A stretch of 64,000 bases of DNA from Candidatus Iainarchaeum sp. (GTDB lineage: Archaea > Iainarchaeota > Iainarchaeia > Iainarchaeales > GCA-2688035), in assembly GCA_017610175.1 (NCBI GenBank), contig JAFCCO010000004.1, positions 18,206 through 82,205 of the forward strand, written 5' to 3'. The notes under the pieces were generated by a model. It did not search any database, had not been told where the DNA came from, and was given only the letters and a program-made list of their open reading frames with translations. The translations under genes and the position numbers were made by a program. Shown one piece after another: positions 39,397-47,808 of the stretch. The stretch's first letter is position 1. Each line of letters starts with the position of its first letter.

Positions 39397-40481
39397 TTTC
39401 CCTTAACAATCTTTTCGGCAATTTTCCTTTTCTTCTTTGCCTTTGCCTGGTGCTTCTTCAGCATATCCTTTAGGAAGTCCTTTGTGTACTGCTTGCACTC
39501 ACTGCAAAGCCACTTTCCTTCCCTGCACTCGTCCCAAATCCTCTGAACCTCTTTCCCATCCTCAAGGTGGAACAAAAGCAGTTCGTGAACCTTGCAGACC
39601 CCCGGGTTTCCGCCAAGCCTTCTTTGCTCTTCAAGCGTGTTCCTTCCGCCTGTAAAAGCGTTTGAAACCTTGCGGTCCAGCTCGGATTCTGAATCGTTCA
39701 GGAAAATTGCAGTGTCAGGCTGAGAGGCCGACATTTTTGAACCCTCCTTAAGCCCGCTTTGGTGCCTGAAGTAAATGAATGAAGGAACCTCCAATGGATA
39801 GGATAGGCGCTTTGCAATATCCCTCGTTAAGCGTGCATGCGGGTCCTGGTCCAAACCAATCCCGGTAATGCTCGGCATCTTTCCATCAAATTCGTCAAGC
39901 TGCCCGTGCAGAATGTCGGCGTACTGCAAAAGGTTTGCGGAAACCTTGCCCAAGTCAAGGTGCCCGTAGATTGCCTCAAACATGTTTTTGGTTATCTTCT
40001 TGCTGAGCTCAAACGCAAAGCTGTAGTAACGCCTTTCACGGTTGCTCTGCACCTTAATGTCCTTTGCGCCAACACCCAGCGCAAGTGCGTCAGCGGCATT
40101 GTCGATTGCAAATTTCTGCGCGTATGCAAGGGACCGAATCTTTTTGTCGGGCCTGCTTACATAGCCGTCTATGTCGCAAACACAGAAATAGTTTTTGGCC
40201 CCAAGTGACTTGAACAAAACAAACAGGTCAATGTCCGCTTTGTGCCCAAGATGAAACTGCCCCGAGCTTGCAATCCCTGTAATGTTTATGAACGGCTTTT
40301 TGGATTCAATTCTTGAAAGGACTTTTCCAAAATCTCTGTGTGCAACAATTATTCCGCGCGAAAAAAACCTGTGACCCATTTTGCTTCGCCAGTTTTCGGG
40401 AAACTCCGAGAGGCCAAACTGTTTGAATACGTGCTCGTAATCGCTTACTGCAGCGCTTGCCCAAGGATCTATTTTTGCCAT
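39393..40481 (-). CDS. trpS: Tryptophanyl-tRNA synthetase (archaeal)
   Basis: HLGH, GLDQDPH, KMSAS, AFTGGR. Confidence 0.95.
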   Translation of the reverse strand: MAKIDPWASAAVSDYEHVFKQFGLSEFPENWRSKMGHRFFSRGIIVAHRDFGKVLSRIESKKPFINITGIASSGQFHLGHKADIDLFVLFKSLGAKNYFCVCDIDGYVSRPDKKIRSLAYAQKFAIDNAADALALGVGAKDIKVQSNRERRYYSFAFELSKKITKNMFEAIYGHLDLGKVSANLLQYADILHGQLDEFDGKMPSITGIGLDQDPHARLTRDIAKRLSYPLEVPSFIYFRHQSGLKEGSKMSASQPDTAIFLNDSESELDRKVSNAFTGGRNTLEEQRRLGGNPGVCKVHELLLFHLEDGKEVQRIWDECREGKWLCSECKQYTKDFLKDMLKKHQAKAKKKRKIAEKIVKGN

Positions 40482-40545
40482 CCATTCACCTAAATACTTA
40501 TTTATAAACTATTTAATGTAGTAATTAATAATATTTAAACCCTAG

Positions 40546-41061
40546 GTGTTGCATTTGGGAGAACTATTGCAGAACAAAGTTGTTGTCGGGGACAAAAAAA
40601 CAAAGGACACCCTGCTTCAAAAGGGATTCGGGGAAAAGAAGGGGAAGGAACTTGTTCTTGACTTAAAGGAAGCTCTTTTTCTTTTGGAGAAAGACAAGCT
40701 TGAGGTAGAGCTTGCGGGAAAAAAGCTTTCAGCCAAAAAGCTGAGGGAGTATGCTTCGGCACGCGAGGCAAAATTTTACTCAAAATTCCTTGTGTTCTCA
40801 GATTTGAGGGAGAAGGGTTTCTGCGTTAAAACAGGGTTCAAATTTGGATTCGATTTCAGGGTTTATCCCCGCGGAAAGAAACCGGGAGAGGCCCACACAC
40901 AGCAGGTTGTGAAGGTCTTTACCCAGGATGACGGGAAAAGCATGATTGAACTTAGCAGAATGGTCAGGCTTGCAGGCAACCTAAGGACTCTTTTTAGCAT
41001 AGCCGTTGTAGACAGCGAAAACGACATAAACTATTACTCAATTCAGCGAATTACGCCTTAG
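40546..41061 (+). CDS. endA: tRNA-intron endonuclease
   Basis: DLREKGFCVKTGFKFGFDFRVY...AH, IAVVD..NDINYY. Confidence 0.88.
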   Translation: MLHLGELLQNKVVVGDKKTKDTLLQKGFGEKKGKELVLDLKEALFLLEKDKLEVELAGKKLSAKKLREYASAREAKFYSKFLVFSDLREKGFCVKTGFKFGFDFRVYPRGKKPGEAHTQQVVKVFTQDDGKSMIELSRMVRLAGNLRTLFSIAVVDSENDINYYSIQRITP

Positions 41062-41083
41062 TGCCGCTTCGCTGAACCCGAAT

Positions 41084-41118
41084 TAAAAAAATAGAAAAAG
41101 TAAAAAAAAAGAAATAAA
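41084..41118 (-). terminator. Oligo-T terminator tract of the histone gene
   Basis: Long A runs on + strand immediately downstream of the minus-strand histone stop. Confidence 0.5.
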
Positions 41119-41127
41119 CCAGAGACT

Positions 41128-41304
41128 TTACAAGTCTTCTGGCCTAACTGTCTTTCTTCCGTTTGCCTGTGCCCTTGCACATGCCTTGCCTACAACGTCA
41201 GCAACTGCTGCACTGAGTGCGTCTGGGAAGTCTCCGGCCATATTACAGCCTGCTCCCTTTACTGCTTCCTTAACTTTACTTCCAACAACTAACAAATCTC
41301 CCAT
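41128..41304 (-). CDS. Short histone-fold protein (DUF1931 / face-to-face type)
   Basis: LVVGSKVKE, DFPDAL, RAQANGRKTVRPEDL; GGAGG SD. Confidence 0.85.
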   Translation of the reverse strand: MGDLLVVGSKVKEAVKGAGCNMAGDFPDALSAAVADVVGKACARAQANGRKTVRPEDL

Positions 41305-41454
41305 ATTATTCAACCTCCATATACTAGTTGTAAAACCGCTTTAAGCGGCTTTTTCTGCATTATTAAGAAACGCAAAGTTATTTAAATGCAAGCGAAAAAA
41401 GTGCCCAAAAACGGCAAAAAACAGGGGTTTTGGGGAAAAATGGTTGAAATGCAA

Positions 41455-41823
41455 TCAGCCTAGATGCTTTCTGACTTCTTGAACAATGCGCTCACTGCTG
41501 AACGGCTTGTGAATGCAACCGCAAATATTTATCTCCTTTAACGACTCCAGACCCCCTGATGAAATTCTCGCGGTCGACATCAAAATAAGTTTCATTTCAT
41601 TTAGATCGGAGTTCTTGGATATTTCTTCGCATACCTGCCTGCCGCTCATATTGGGCATGAACAAATCAATAAAAGCAAGGTCAAAGTGCTCGGAGCAAAC
41701 CTTCTTAATTGCCTCTTTGCCATCCAAGGCTATTGAAACAAGCACATTTTCGCCTGCCAAGGCATGGGAAACAGACTCGCAAATTGCCTGCTCATCATCA
41801 ACTACAATTATTTTCTTGGTCAT
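41455..41823 (-). CDS. Stand-alone response regulator receiver
   Basis: VVDDE, IDLFMP, MST, KPF. Confidence 0.9.
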   Translation of the reverse strand: MTKKIIVVDDEQAICESVSHALAGENVLVSIALDGKEAIKKVCSEHFDLAFIDLFMPNMSGRQVCEEISKNSDLNEMKLILMSTARISSGGLESLKEINICGCIHKPFSSERIVQEVRKHLG

Positions 41824-41887
41824 TCTGAAAAAAAGCCCCCCAGCTGTTATAATTATATAATTAATTCCAGGGTTAATAAGTCTTAGC

Positions 41888-41939
41888 AAAGTTTAAACAA
41901 AATAAGGTAAATGTTTAAACTAATTAAATGTTTAAATAA
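41888..41939 (+). promoter_or_regulatory. Repeated TAAATGTTTAAA promoter/operator element
   Basis: Copies at 41908-41919 and 41925-41936 plus GTTTAAAC at 41891; same 15-mer inverted at 46761-46775. Confidence 0.55.
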
Positions 41940-41962
41940 CCCTTAATGTCAGAATAAAAACA

Positions 41963-43063
41963 ATGACCGGGGGGATAGAGGTCTGTGACACCACGCTTCG
42001 CGATGGTGAGCAAATGCCTGGGGTGGTTTTTTCACTCAAAGAAAAAAGAGAACTTGCAAGAGCTTCCTCCGAATTCGGGTCCAGCATAATCGAAGTCATG
42101 CCTGCGATTTCAAAAACAGAGCAAAGGCTTGCCAAAAGCCTTGCACATGAAAACCTTGCCGCAAAAATAACCGCTTCAACCCTCTCCAAAAAAGAACACA
42201 TTGAGCTTGCAACAAACTGCGATCTTGACCACATAACCCTTTTTACATCACTTTCAGACAACCATTTGAAACACAAGCTTAATATCTCCAGGGAAGAGAA
42301 CCTTTCAAAATCACTTGAAATGGTGGACTTTGCAAAGTCACAGGGGCTTGCCGTTGCTTTTGCAGGGGAGGATTCAACAAGGGCAAACAAAGAATACCTC
42401 CACAAATTCGTTAAGGCAATGGCCGGCAAAATAGATTATTTTCTCCCATGCGACACAGTGGGCTGCCTGCAACCATTTCAGACTTACAGATTCATAAAAC
42501 AACTCGTAAAAAATACAGGCAGCAAAATTGCACTGCACACCCACAACGACTTTGGCATGGCAACCGCAAACACAATTGCAGGAATAATGGCGGGGGCAGA
42601 GGTCTTCTCCGGAACGTTCAACGGAATTGGGGAGAGAAGTGGGAATGCAGCAATCGAAGAGGTGTGCATGGCATTAAAGGTTCTGCTCAAAAAAGACCTT
42701 GGGTTGAAGTATGAAATGCTTACAAGAATCTGCAACAGGGTGGAAAAGTATTCAAGGGCAAAAATGCACAAACACAAACCCATTGTTGGAAAGAATTCTT
42801 TCAGGCACGAGTCCGGCACGCACGTTGCAGGCGTGTTGAAAGATCCGTCAACTTACGAAATATTTGATCCTGCAGAAGTGGGCCAGACAAGAAAAATAGT
42901 GTTTGGCAAACACTCCGGAATGCGTGCAGTAAAAAAGATTCTGAAGGGGTCAAAGGGAAGGCTCAACAGAAAACTGCAGCTTCTGAAAAGAACCGCTGAA
43001 CGGGAGAAAAAAAGCTTTTCGGAGAGAAAGGCAAGGAAGCTAATGCTGGGGAGCTTGCAATGA
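41963..43063 (+). CDS. Homocitrate/isopropylmalate synthase family (DRE-TIM) enzyme without regulatory domain
   Basis: DTTLRDGEQ, HTHNDFG, GIGERSGN, HESGTH, GKHSG. Confidence 0.9.
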   Translation: MTGGIEVCDTTLRDGEQMPGVVFSLKEKRELARASSEFGSSIIEVMPAISKTEQRLAKSLAHENLAAKITASTLSKKEHIELATNCDLDHITLFTSLSDNHLKHKLNISREENLSKSLEMVDFAKSQGLAVAFAGEDSTRANKEYLHKFVKAMAGKIDYFLPCDTVGCLQPFQTYRFIKQLVKNTGSKIALHTHNDFGMATANTIAGIMAGAEVFSGTFNGIGERSGNAAIEEVCMALKVLLKKDLGLKYEMLTRICNRVEKYSRAKMHKHKPIVGKNSFRHESGTHVAGVLKDPSTYEIFDPAEVGQTRKIVFGKHSGMRAVKKILKGSKGRLNRKLQLLKRTAEREKKSFSERKARKLMLGSLQ

Positions 43064-43866
43064 GTAGCTTGGGCGAACTGAGAAAATTCCTGCGCCTGAA
43101 AATTGCGTTCGGAACAGCAAGCTTTGGAGTGATTGCATTTCTATTGTTCAACAACATGGGAAGCGCGATTGTCTTTCCAGTAGCAAGCATCTTCCTGCTT
43201 ACAATAGCCGGCTACTCATACAACTCAGTTACAGATGTGAAGGAGGACAGGACAAACCTTGGCCGCGTAAACAAGTTTGCGGAGGGAGCAGAGGGAAAAG
43301 CAATTGCATTTGCATTCTTTGCAGGGGGGACGGCGTTTGCATTATTTCTTGAAACTGTTGCACTGGCAGCATACCTTGCCGCTGCTTTTCTTTTCTGGGC
43401 ATACTCAAAATTCAGGGTAAAAAAAGTATTGCTCGGAAAGAACGTTTACATCTGGCTGCTTTTTGCGCTTGTTTTCCTGATTGGGACAAATGCAACTGAG
43501 CCAACCGCTGTTGGAATTGCATACTCAATTTTCTTTTCAGCGTTTATTTTTGTGCAAAGCATTATTGCGGACTTAAGAGATGTTAAGGGCGACCGCAAAG
43601 CCGGACTTAAAACACTGCCCATTGCGCTTGGGACTGCAAACGCAAAAGCATTGCTTACAGTATTTATTGTTGCGTGGCAGGTTAGCTTGCTTGCAATAAG
43701 CCCGCTGTTCTTTGTGCTCTTTGTTCCGTTCACCGCAGCAGACATATTTTTCCTGGCAAAGGGAGAGTACACAAAAGCCCACTTGTCGGGTTTTGTTGGA
43801 GCGCACGTTTTCAGCGCCTCACTTGTTTTGGTAAATTTATTCATTTATTTCGGAGGTGTTGTTTGA
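43060..43866 (+). CDS. UbiA superfamily prenyltransferase 1
   Basis: NSVTDVKED and DLRDVKGD Asp-rich motifs, multi-TM. Confidence 0.85.
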   Translation: MSSLGELRKFLRLKIAFGTASFGVIAFLLFNNMGSAIVFPVASIFLLTIAGYSYNSVTDVKEDRTNLGRVNKFAEGAEGKAIAFAFFAGGTAFALFLETVALAAYLAAAFLFWAYSKFRVKKVLLGKNVYIWLLFALVFLIGTNATEPTAVGIAYSIFFSAFIFVQSIIADLRDVKGDRKAGLKTLPIALGTANAKALLTVFIVAWQVSLLAISPLFFVLFVPFTAADIFFLAKGEYTKAHLSGFVGAHVFSASLVLVNLFIYFGGVV

Positions 43867-44729
43867 TGTTTACCCATGAAACAAAGGAAGCCGGGTTCAC
43901 AAAAAAAGTTTTTCTTGCAGGAAAGAGGATAAAACCCGCAATCGGAATAATTCTTCCATTCACACTATTGCATGCGGCGCTATTCAATGTGTTCTCAATT
44001 GAATCTGTGTTTATTGCAATCGGCTTTGCTTCAATTTACCTCTTTGCAGACATGTTCAACGACTTCTATGATTTGCATGAAGACCTTAGAAACGAAAGAA
44101 AGGACAAGCTGTTGATTTCAACAGGCATGAAGAAGAGGCAAATCCTTCACATGTCCTATTTTTTCCTAGTGTTTGGAGTGACTCTGCTGTTTGGATTCTC
44201 CGCCGTGCTTGGTGCTGCCGGATTGTTTCTTGCAATTGCAGGATGGGCTTACACACACCCTTTTGTTAGGCTGAAAAAATACGAAGTTTATGGCTATGTG
44301 TTAAGCAGCACGCCCTTTTTTGCGCTTCCGTTTGCACTCTCAAGCCATTACGGGCGGGAGTTTTCCATTTCACTGGCCCTGCTGGCTGTTTTTAGTTATA
44401 CGCAGTATGTTTACATTCTTTGCCAGAAGGATGCAACAGATTTGAAGGATGATGTAAACCTGTTTCTTAAAAGAAGCAACACGGTTGCTTCGCTGATAAC
44501 CGGAGCGTTTTCAATCACGGCATCGCTTGCAATTCTTGCAGTTGCAATGTTAAGCGGCCTGCAATTACTTTTGATTGTGTGGATTGCAAATCTTGCAATA
44601 AAGCTGAAGAATCTTTCTGGAATCTACTCCAAAAGTATTGGGAGGGGAAAGAGATTCAGGCTGACAACATATGAATTCATATCGCACTATGCCTTTTTTG
44701 TTGCGGCTTTGTTAGCCGGATTTGTATGA
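43866..44729 (+). CDS. UbiA superfamily prenyltransferase 2
   Basis: NDFYDLHED, YTHPFVRLK, KDATDLKDD, multi-TM. Confidence 0.8.
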   Translation: MFTHETKEAGFTKKVFLAGKRIKPAIGIILPFTLLHAALFNVFSIESVFIAIGFASIYLFADMFNDFYDLHEDLRNERKDKLLISTGMKKRQILHMSYFFLVFGVTLLFGFSAVLGAAGLFLAIAGWAYTHPFVRLKKYEVYGYVLSSTPFFALPFALSSHYGREFSISLALLAVFSYTQYVYILCQKDATDLKDDVNLFLKRSNTVASLITGAFSITASLAILAVAMLSGLQLLLIVWIANLAIKLKNLSGIYSKSIGRGKRFRLTTYEFISHYAFFVAALLAGFV

Positions 44730-45722
44730 GAGAATAAGCTTTCTGGAGAACTCCTTTGAGCCAACAAATTTGAATGAGTTGTCCATCGCCCTTAGATAGC
44801 CAAGAATGTATTGTGCAATGAAGTCCCATTTGTCCTTAGCAAGTTGCATGCCGTAGGGAGGGTGTCGTATGTTGACCGAAAGGCTCTTGCCATTTTGCAA
44901 AATGTCAACTTCGCCAAAGCCGTTAAGCTGGAAGAGAAGCTTTGCATGCCTGAACCCTCCATTAAATTCTCTTGATTTGGATAGCTTGGTTTTGAAAAAA
45001 TCCTCCGAAGCTCTTGCAAGCAGTTCAAGCTTCACGCCCTTCTGTGCAATTAAGTGCGGAAGGGAAGTTTCCATAATGAACATTTTTTTGCCCAAGTAAA
45101 ATACACGGTTTTTGCGCAGCGAAACAGCCCCTGCACGAATCAGTTCCTCCAAGGATTGCTTTTTGTTGGGCCTCATTGTGTTCAGCCAATAATATTCCTT
45201 CTTGTCCTTGAGTGCTAGGTCAATTTTTTCGTTTCCGAGCGCGATTGTGTAAACTCCGCCGGTTCCATTCCAGTCAAGGTTCACAAGATTTGCTTTCTTC
45301 AAATAGTATGCTTCAACCACTCCGGTGAAAAGCCCTTTGGAGAAACTGTTTTCCCCAATGAATCTGACGAAAGGTTCGCCCTTTGTTTCAATAATTGTGT
45401 TTTCCCCGGATTTTTTTGCGTGGCATTTTTCAAGAATGCCGATTTTTTTCCAGAGCCGTTCAAGAAGGAGATTAATGCAGCTTTCAAGCGGCAAAACCTT
45501 TACAACAGACGGAGCGTAAGCATTAATCATTATGGTCATCCAGTCCCCTGCAAGCTCTTCCATCTCTTTTTCGAAACCTGCCTTTTCGCACATTTGGAAA
45601 TAGTTTGCAAGGATTTCCTCAAAGAAAAGGATGTCCCTTCTTTTTTTGCCAAAGCCCGAACTGAAAAGCGAGCCACGCCTTGACTGGACAATTTTTCTTT
45701 GGATAAAATCAGCCAATGACAT
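44712..45722 (-). CDS. Tandem V4R/H-NOX-like ligand-binding protein (putative)
   Basis: Two similar halves (LWKKIGI...GLFTG; NRVFYLGKKMFIM...QLNGFGEV...YILGYL); Zn-binding Cys absent. Confidence 0.55.
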   Translation of the reverse strand: MSLADFIQRKIVQSRRGSLFSSGFGKKRRDILFFEEILANYFQMCEKAGFEKEMEELAGDWMTIMINAYAPSVVKVLPLESCINLLLERLWKKIGILEKCHAKKSGENTIIETKGEPFVRFIGENSFSKGLFTGVVEAYYLKKANLVNLDWNGTGGVYTIALGNEKIDLALKDKKEYYWLNTMRPNKKQSLEELIRAGAVSLRKNRVFYLGKKMFIMETSLPHLIAQKGVKLELLARASEDFFKTKLSKSREFNGGFRHAKLLFQLNGFGEVDILQNGKSLSVNIRHPPYGMQLAKDKWDFIAQYILGYLRAMDNSFKFVGSKEFSRKLILSYKSG

Positions 45723-45738
45723 GCTTTGCCCCCCCTAA

Positions 45739-46416
45739 TTAGACTGCTTTCGTTTTTCCCATTCTGATACTTTTGGAATCAATAACTACGGAGTGCTTTA
45801 CAAGCGGGTCAAAATTGGTGTATCTCATTTTTGGAATTGAGAGAACTCGCAGCGGCTTTTCCCCAAAATCAAGGAATGAGAGGTGGATCACCCCATCGCA
45901 CTCAAACGCTTCGCCGTTTCCTGTATCAAAAATTCCGTTGCTTGTTTCACCAATTAAAATTGCAGAATCTGCTTTCTCTTTCAAAAGCTCCACAATTGAT
46001 GCAAGCCTTAGCCTGTAGTCTTTTTTGTCAATTGCGGAAATAAACATTTTGTTAACGTTGTCGATAACAATGCGGTTGAGTTTTGGGTATAATTTAAGAA
46101 TTTCCTCAAACCCGCTTAGTGAAAGCTTGCTTCCAAGCTTAAGGTGCCCTATCTGAAAATTATTGCCGAGAAAATCCTTTGCTTCGCGCAGTGATTCAAC
46201 CCCCTCGCACGCCCGCACAAGCTCCTCGCTTTTTTCCCCGAACGAAAGGTAATAACACTTCTCTTTTTTTCTTGCCCCGTCAAGCAGGTAGTTGAGCGCA
46301 AAAAGGGTTTTTCCAGTCCCCGGATTTCCTGAAAGCAAAATGACTGTTTTATTTGGGAATCCCCCGTTTACAAGCTTGTCAAGCCCATTTATTCCCGAAG
46401 AAACTCTTTCAGTCAT
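45739..46416 (-). CDS. Single-domain KaiC/RAD55 ATPase
   Basis: SGINGLDKLVNGGFP, GNPGTGKT, IVIDN, DGVIHL, KMR. Confidence 0.9.
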   Translation of the reverse strand: MTERVSSGINGLDKLVNGGFPNKTVILLSGNPGTGKTLFALNYLLDGARKKEKCYYLSFGEKSEELVRACEGVESLREAKDFLGNNFQIGHLKLGSKLSLSGFEEILKLYPKLNRIVIDNVNKMFISAIDKKDYRLRLASIVELLKEKADSAILIGETSNGIFDTGNGEAFECDGVIHLSFLDFGEKPLRVLSIPKMRYTNFDPLVKHSVVIDSKSIRMGKTKAV

Positions 46417-46739
46417 TTAGTCCCCCCAAATTTTGGAATACCCTGGCCATTGTCCTCAAGCTCTATTAGCAGAAGCTTTTTTTCGTTTATGCCAAAAATT
46501 CTTGCCTTGACATGTTTCAAAAGCTTTGAGATGCTGCTTCGCTTTAGAACCTTGTTTGGAAGCATTATTCTGTTGCCGTTTCCAATCTTTCCGGTTGTAA
46601 GAACTTCGTTGGATTTTGAAGCAGGCAAAATCACAAGATTTTTTTCATCCTCTTTGACAAGTTCGTACTCTTCTTTTGAAACTTTAATGCTAAGAATAGT
46701 AGTTTCATCTTCCAGGGTAATAGACTTTATTTCAGCCAC
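46413..46739 (-). CDS. Small hypothetical protein, AbrB-like swapped-hairpin motif
   Basis: GKIGNGNRIMLPNKVL; overlaps the KaiC start. Confidence 0.55.
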   Translation of the reverse strand: MAEIKSITLEDETTILSIKVSKEEYELVKEDEKNLVILPASKSNEVLTTGKIGNGNRIMLPNKVLKRSSISKLLKHVKARIFGINEKKLLLIELEDNGQGIPKFGGTK

Positions 46740-46968
46740 AATATTATATCTTTGGCAAGATTATTTAAACATTTACTCAAATCGGTTCATAATTTGCGGA
46801 ATTTTTTCAGCCAATAGCAAGCAATTTAATAACTTGCGGGCATAATTTTATTGTGCCTTTGGTGAAGGTCCTGCAATTAGCCTGATGCAGGCAGGACAGA
46901 ATAGTTTTTATCTCATAAAAACTAAGAACCGTTATAGGTTTTAATAACCTTGGTGAACTGATTCTAGT

Positions 46969-47592
46969 ATGAAGTTTTATTTGTCTTCGTTTAGGTTGGG
47001 TAATAAATCTGTTGAATTAGTTAGGTTAATGTCGGGCAATAAAAAAATTGCTTATATTCCAAATGCGGGTGATTTTTCCAATTTGGATTGTGTTAAGAAA
47101 AGCAAGTGGGAAAAATTTGATATTAAAAGTTTAGAAGAAATTGGTTTAGTTGTAGGCTATCTTGATTTAAAGGATTTTTTTGGAAAAGTTGGTGAATTGC
47201 GAAAAAAATTGAACGATTTTGGAGGAGTATTTGTAAGAGGGGGCAACACTTTTATTTTAAGACAGGCAATGAAATTGAGTGGTTTTGACACAATCTTCAA
47301 AGAGCTTCTTAAAAGAAACGATTTTGTGTACGCAGGGTATAGCGCAGGTATATGTGTGCTGGCCCCCGATTTAAAAGCCTTGCAAATTGTTGACAGCGCC
47401 GAAGACAAGCCCTACAAAGGGCTTCAGAAAACGATTTGGAACGGCCTTGGATTCCTAGATTGCATCCTTCTCCCGCATTACAAATCCAATCACCATGAAT
47501 CGGCAGATATTGACAAAGAAGTTGAATACTGCAATAAAAACAATATCCCTTTTAAAACTCTGAGAGACGGCGAAGTAATAATTATCAAATAA
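46969..47592 (+). CDS. Peptidase S51 (dipeptidase E) family
   Basis: YIPNA, GGNTFIL, GYSAG nucleophile, LPHY. Confidence 0.88.
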   Translation: MKFYLSSFRLGNKSVELVRLMSGNKKIAYIPNAGDFSNLDCVKKSKWEKFDIKSLEEIGLVVGYLDLKDFFGKVGELRKKLNDFGGVFVRGGNTFILRQAMKLSGFDTIFKELLKRNDFVYAGYSAGICVLAPDLKALQIVDSAEDKPYKGLQKTIWNGLGFLDCILLPHYKSNHHESADIDKEVEYCNKNNIPFKTLRDGEVIIIK

Positions 47593-47617
47593 ATAGCCGC
47601 TCAAGGCAGGCTATTTT
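47591..47617 (+). terminator. Hairpin after the S51 gene
   Basis: AAATAGCC...GGCTATTT inverted repeat followed by T-rich sequence. Confidence 0.45.
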
Positions 47618-47693
47618 ATTACCTTGTCAACCAAAAAAGGCACTGTTGTTTTTGACAACATCTCTTTTATTCATTTTGGATGACTATTATTAC

Positions 47694-47760
47694 TTGCCGA
47701 TGATGATCTGACGATGACACTGAGCGAAAGCGATGACGACAGATGGGCGAACTGAGGCAA
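47694..47760 (+). ncRNA. Box C/D guide sRNA
   Basis: TTGCC stem, C box ATGATGA (47700-06), D' CTGA (47720-23), GCGAAAGC spacer, C' CGATGA (47731-36), D CTGA (47752-55), GGCAA stem. Confidence 0.85.
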
Positions 47761-47808
47761 AAACATAGCTTTTTATTACATTTTGTTACAAATTATATTG
47801 GTGATTTT

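Noticed and set aside
41925-46775. 15-bp inverted repeat as transposon terminal repeats
   Set aside because: No transposase or target-site duplication; both copies sit at promoter distance from start codons
46855-46900. Possible fluoride riboswitch or integron attC site
   Set aside because: Lacks the GGCGAUG...CUGAUG pseudoknot pairing and the RYYYAAC/GTTRRRY ends
47743-47808. Longer antitoxin start at ATG 47743
   Set aside because: It lies within the C/D sRNA; GTG 47809 has a GGTGA SD
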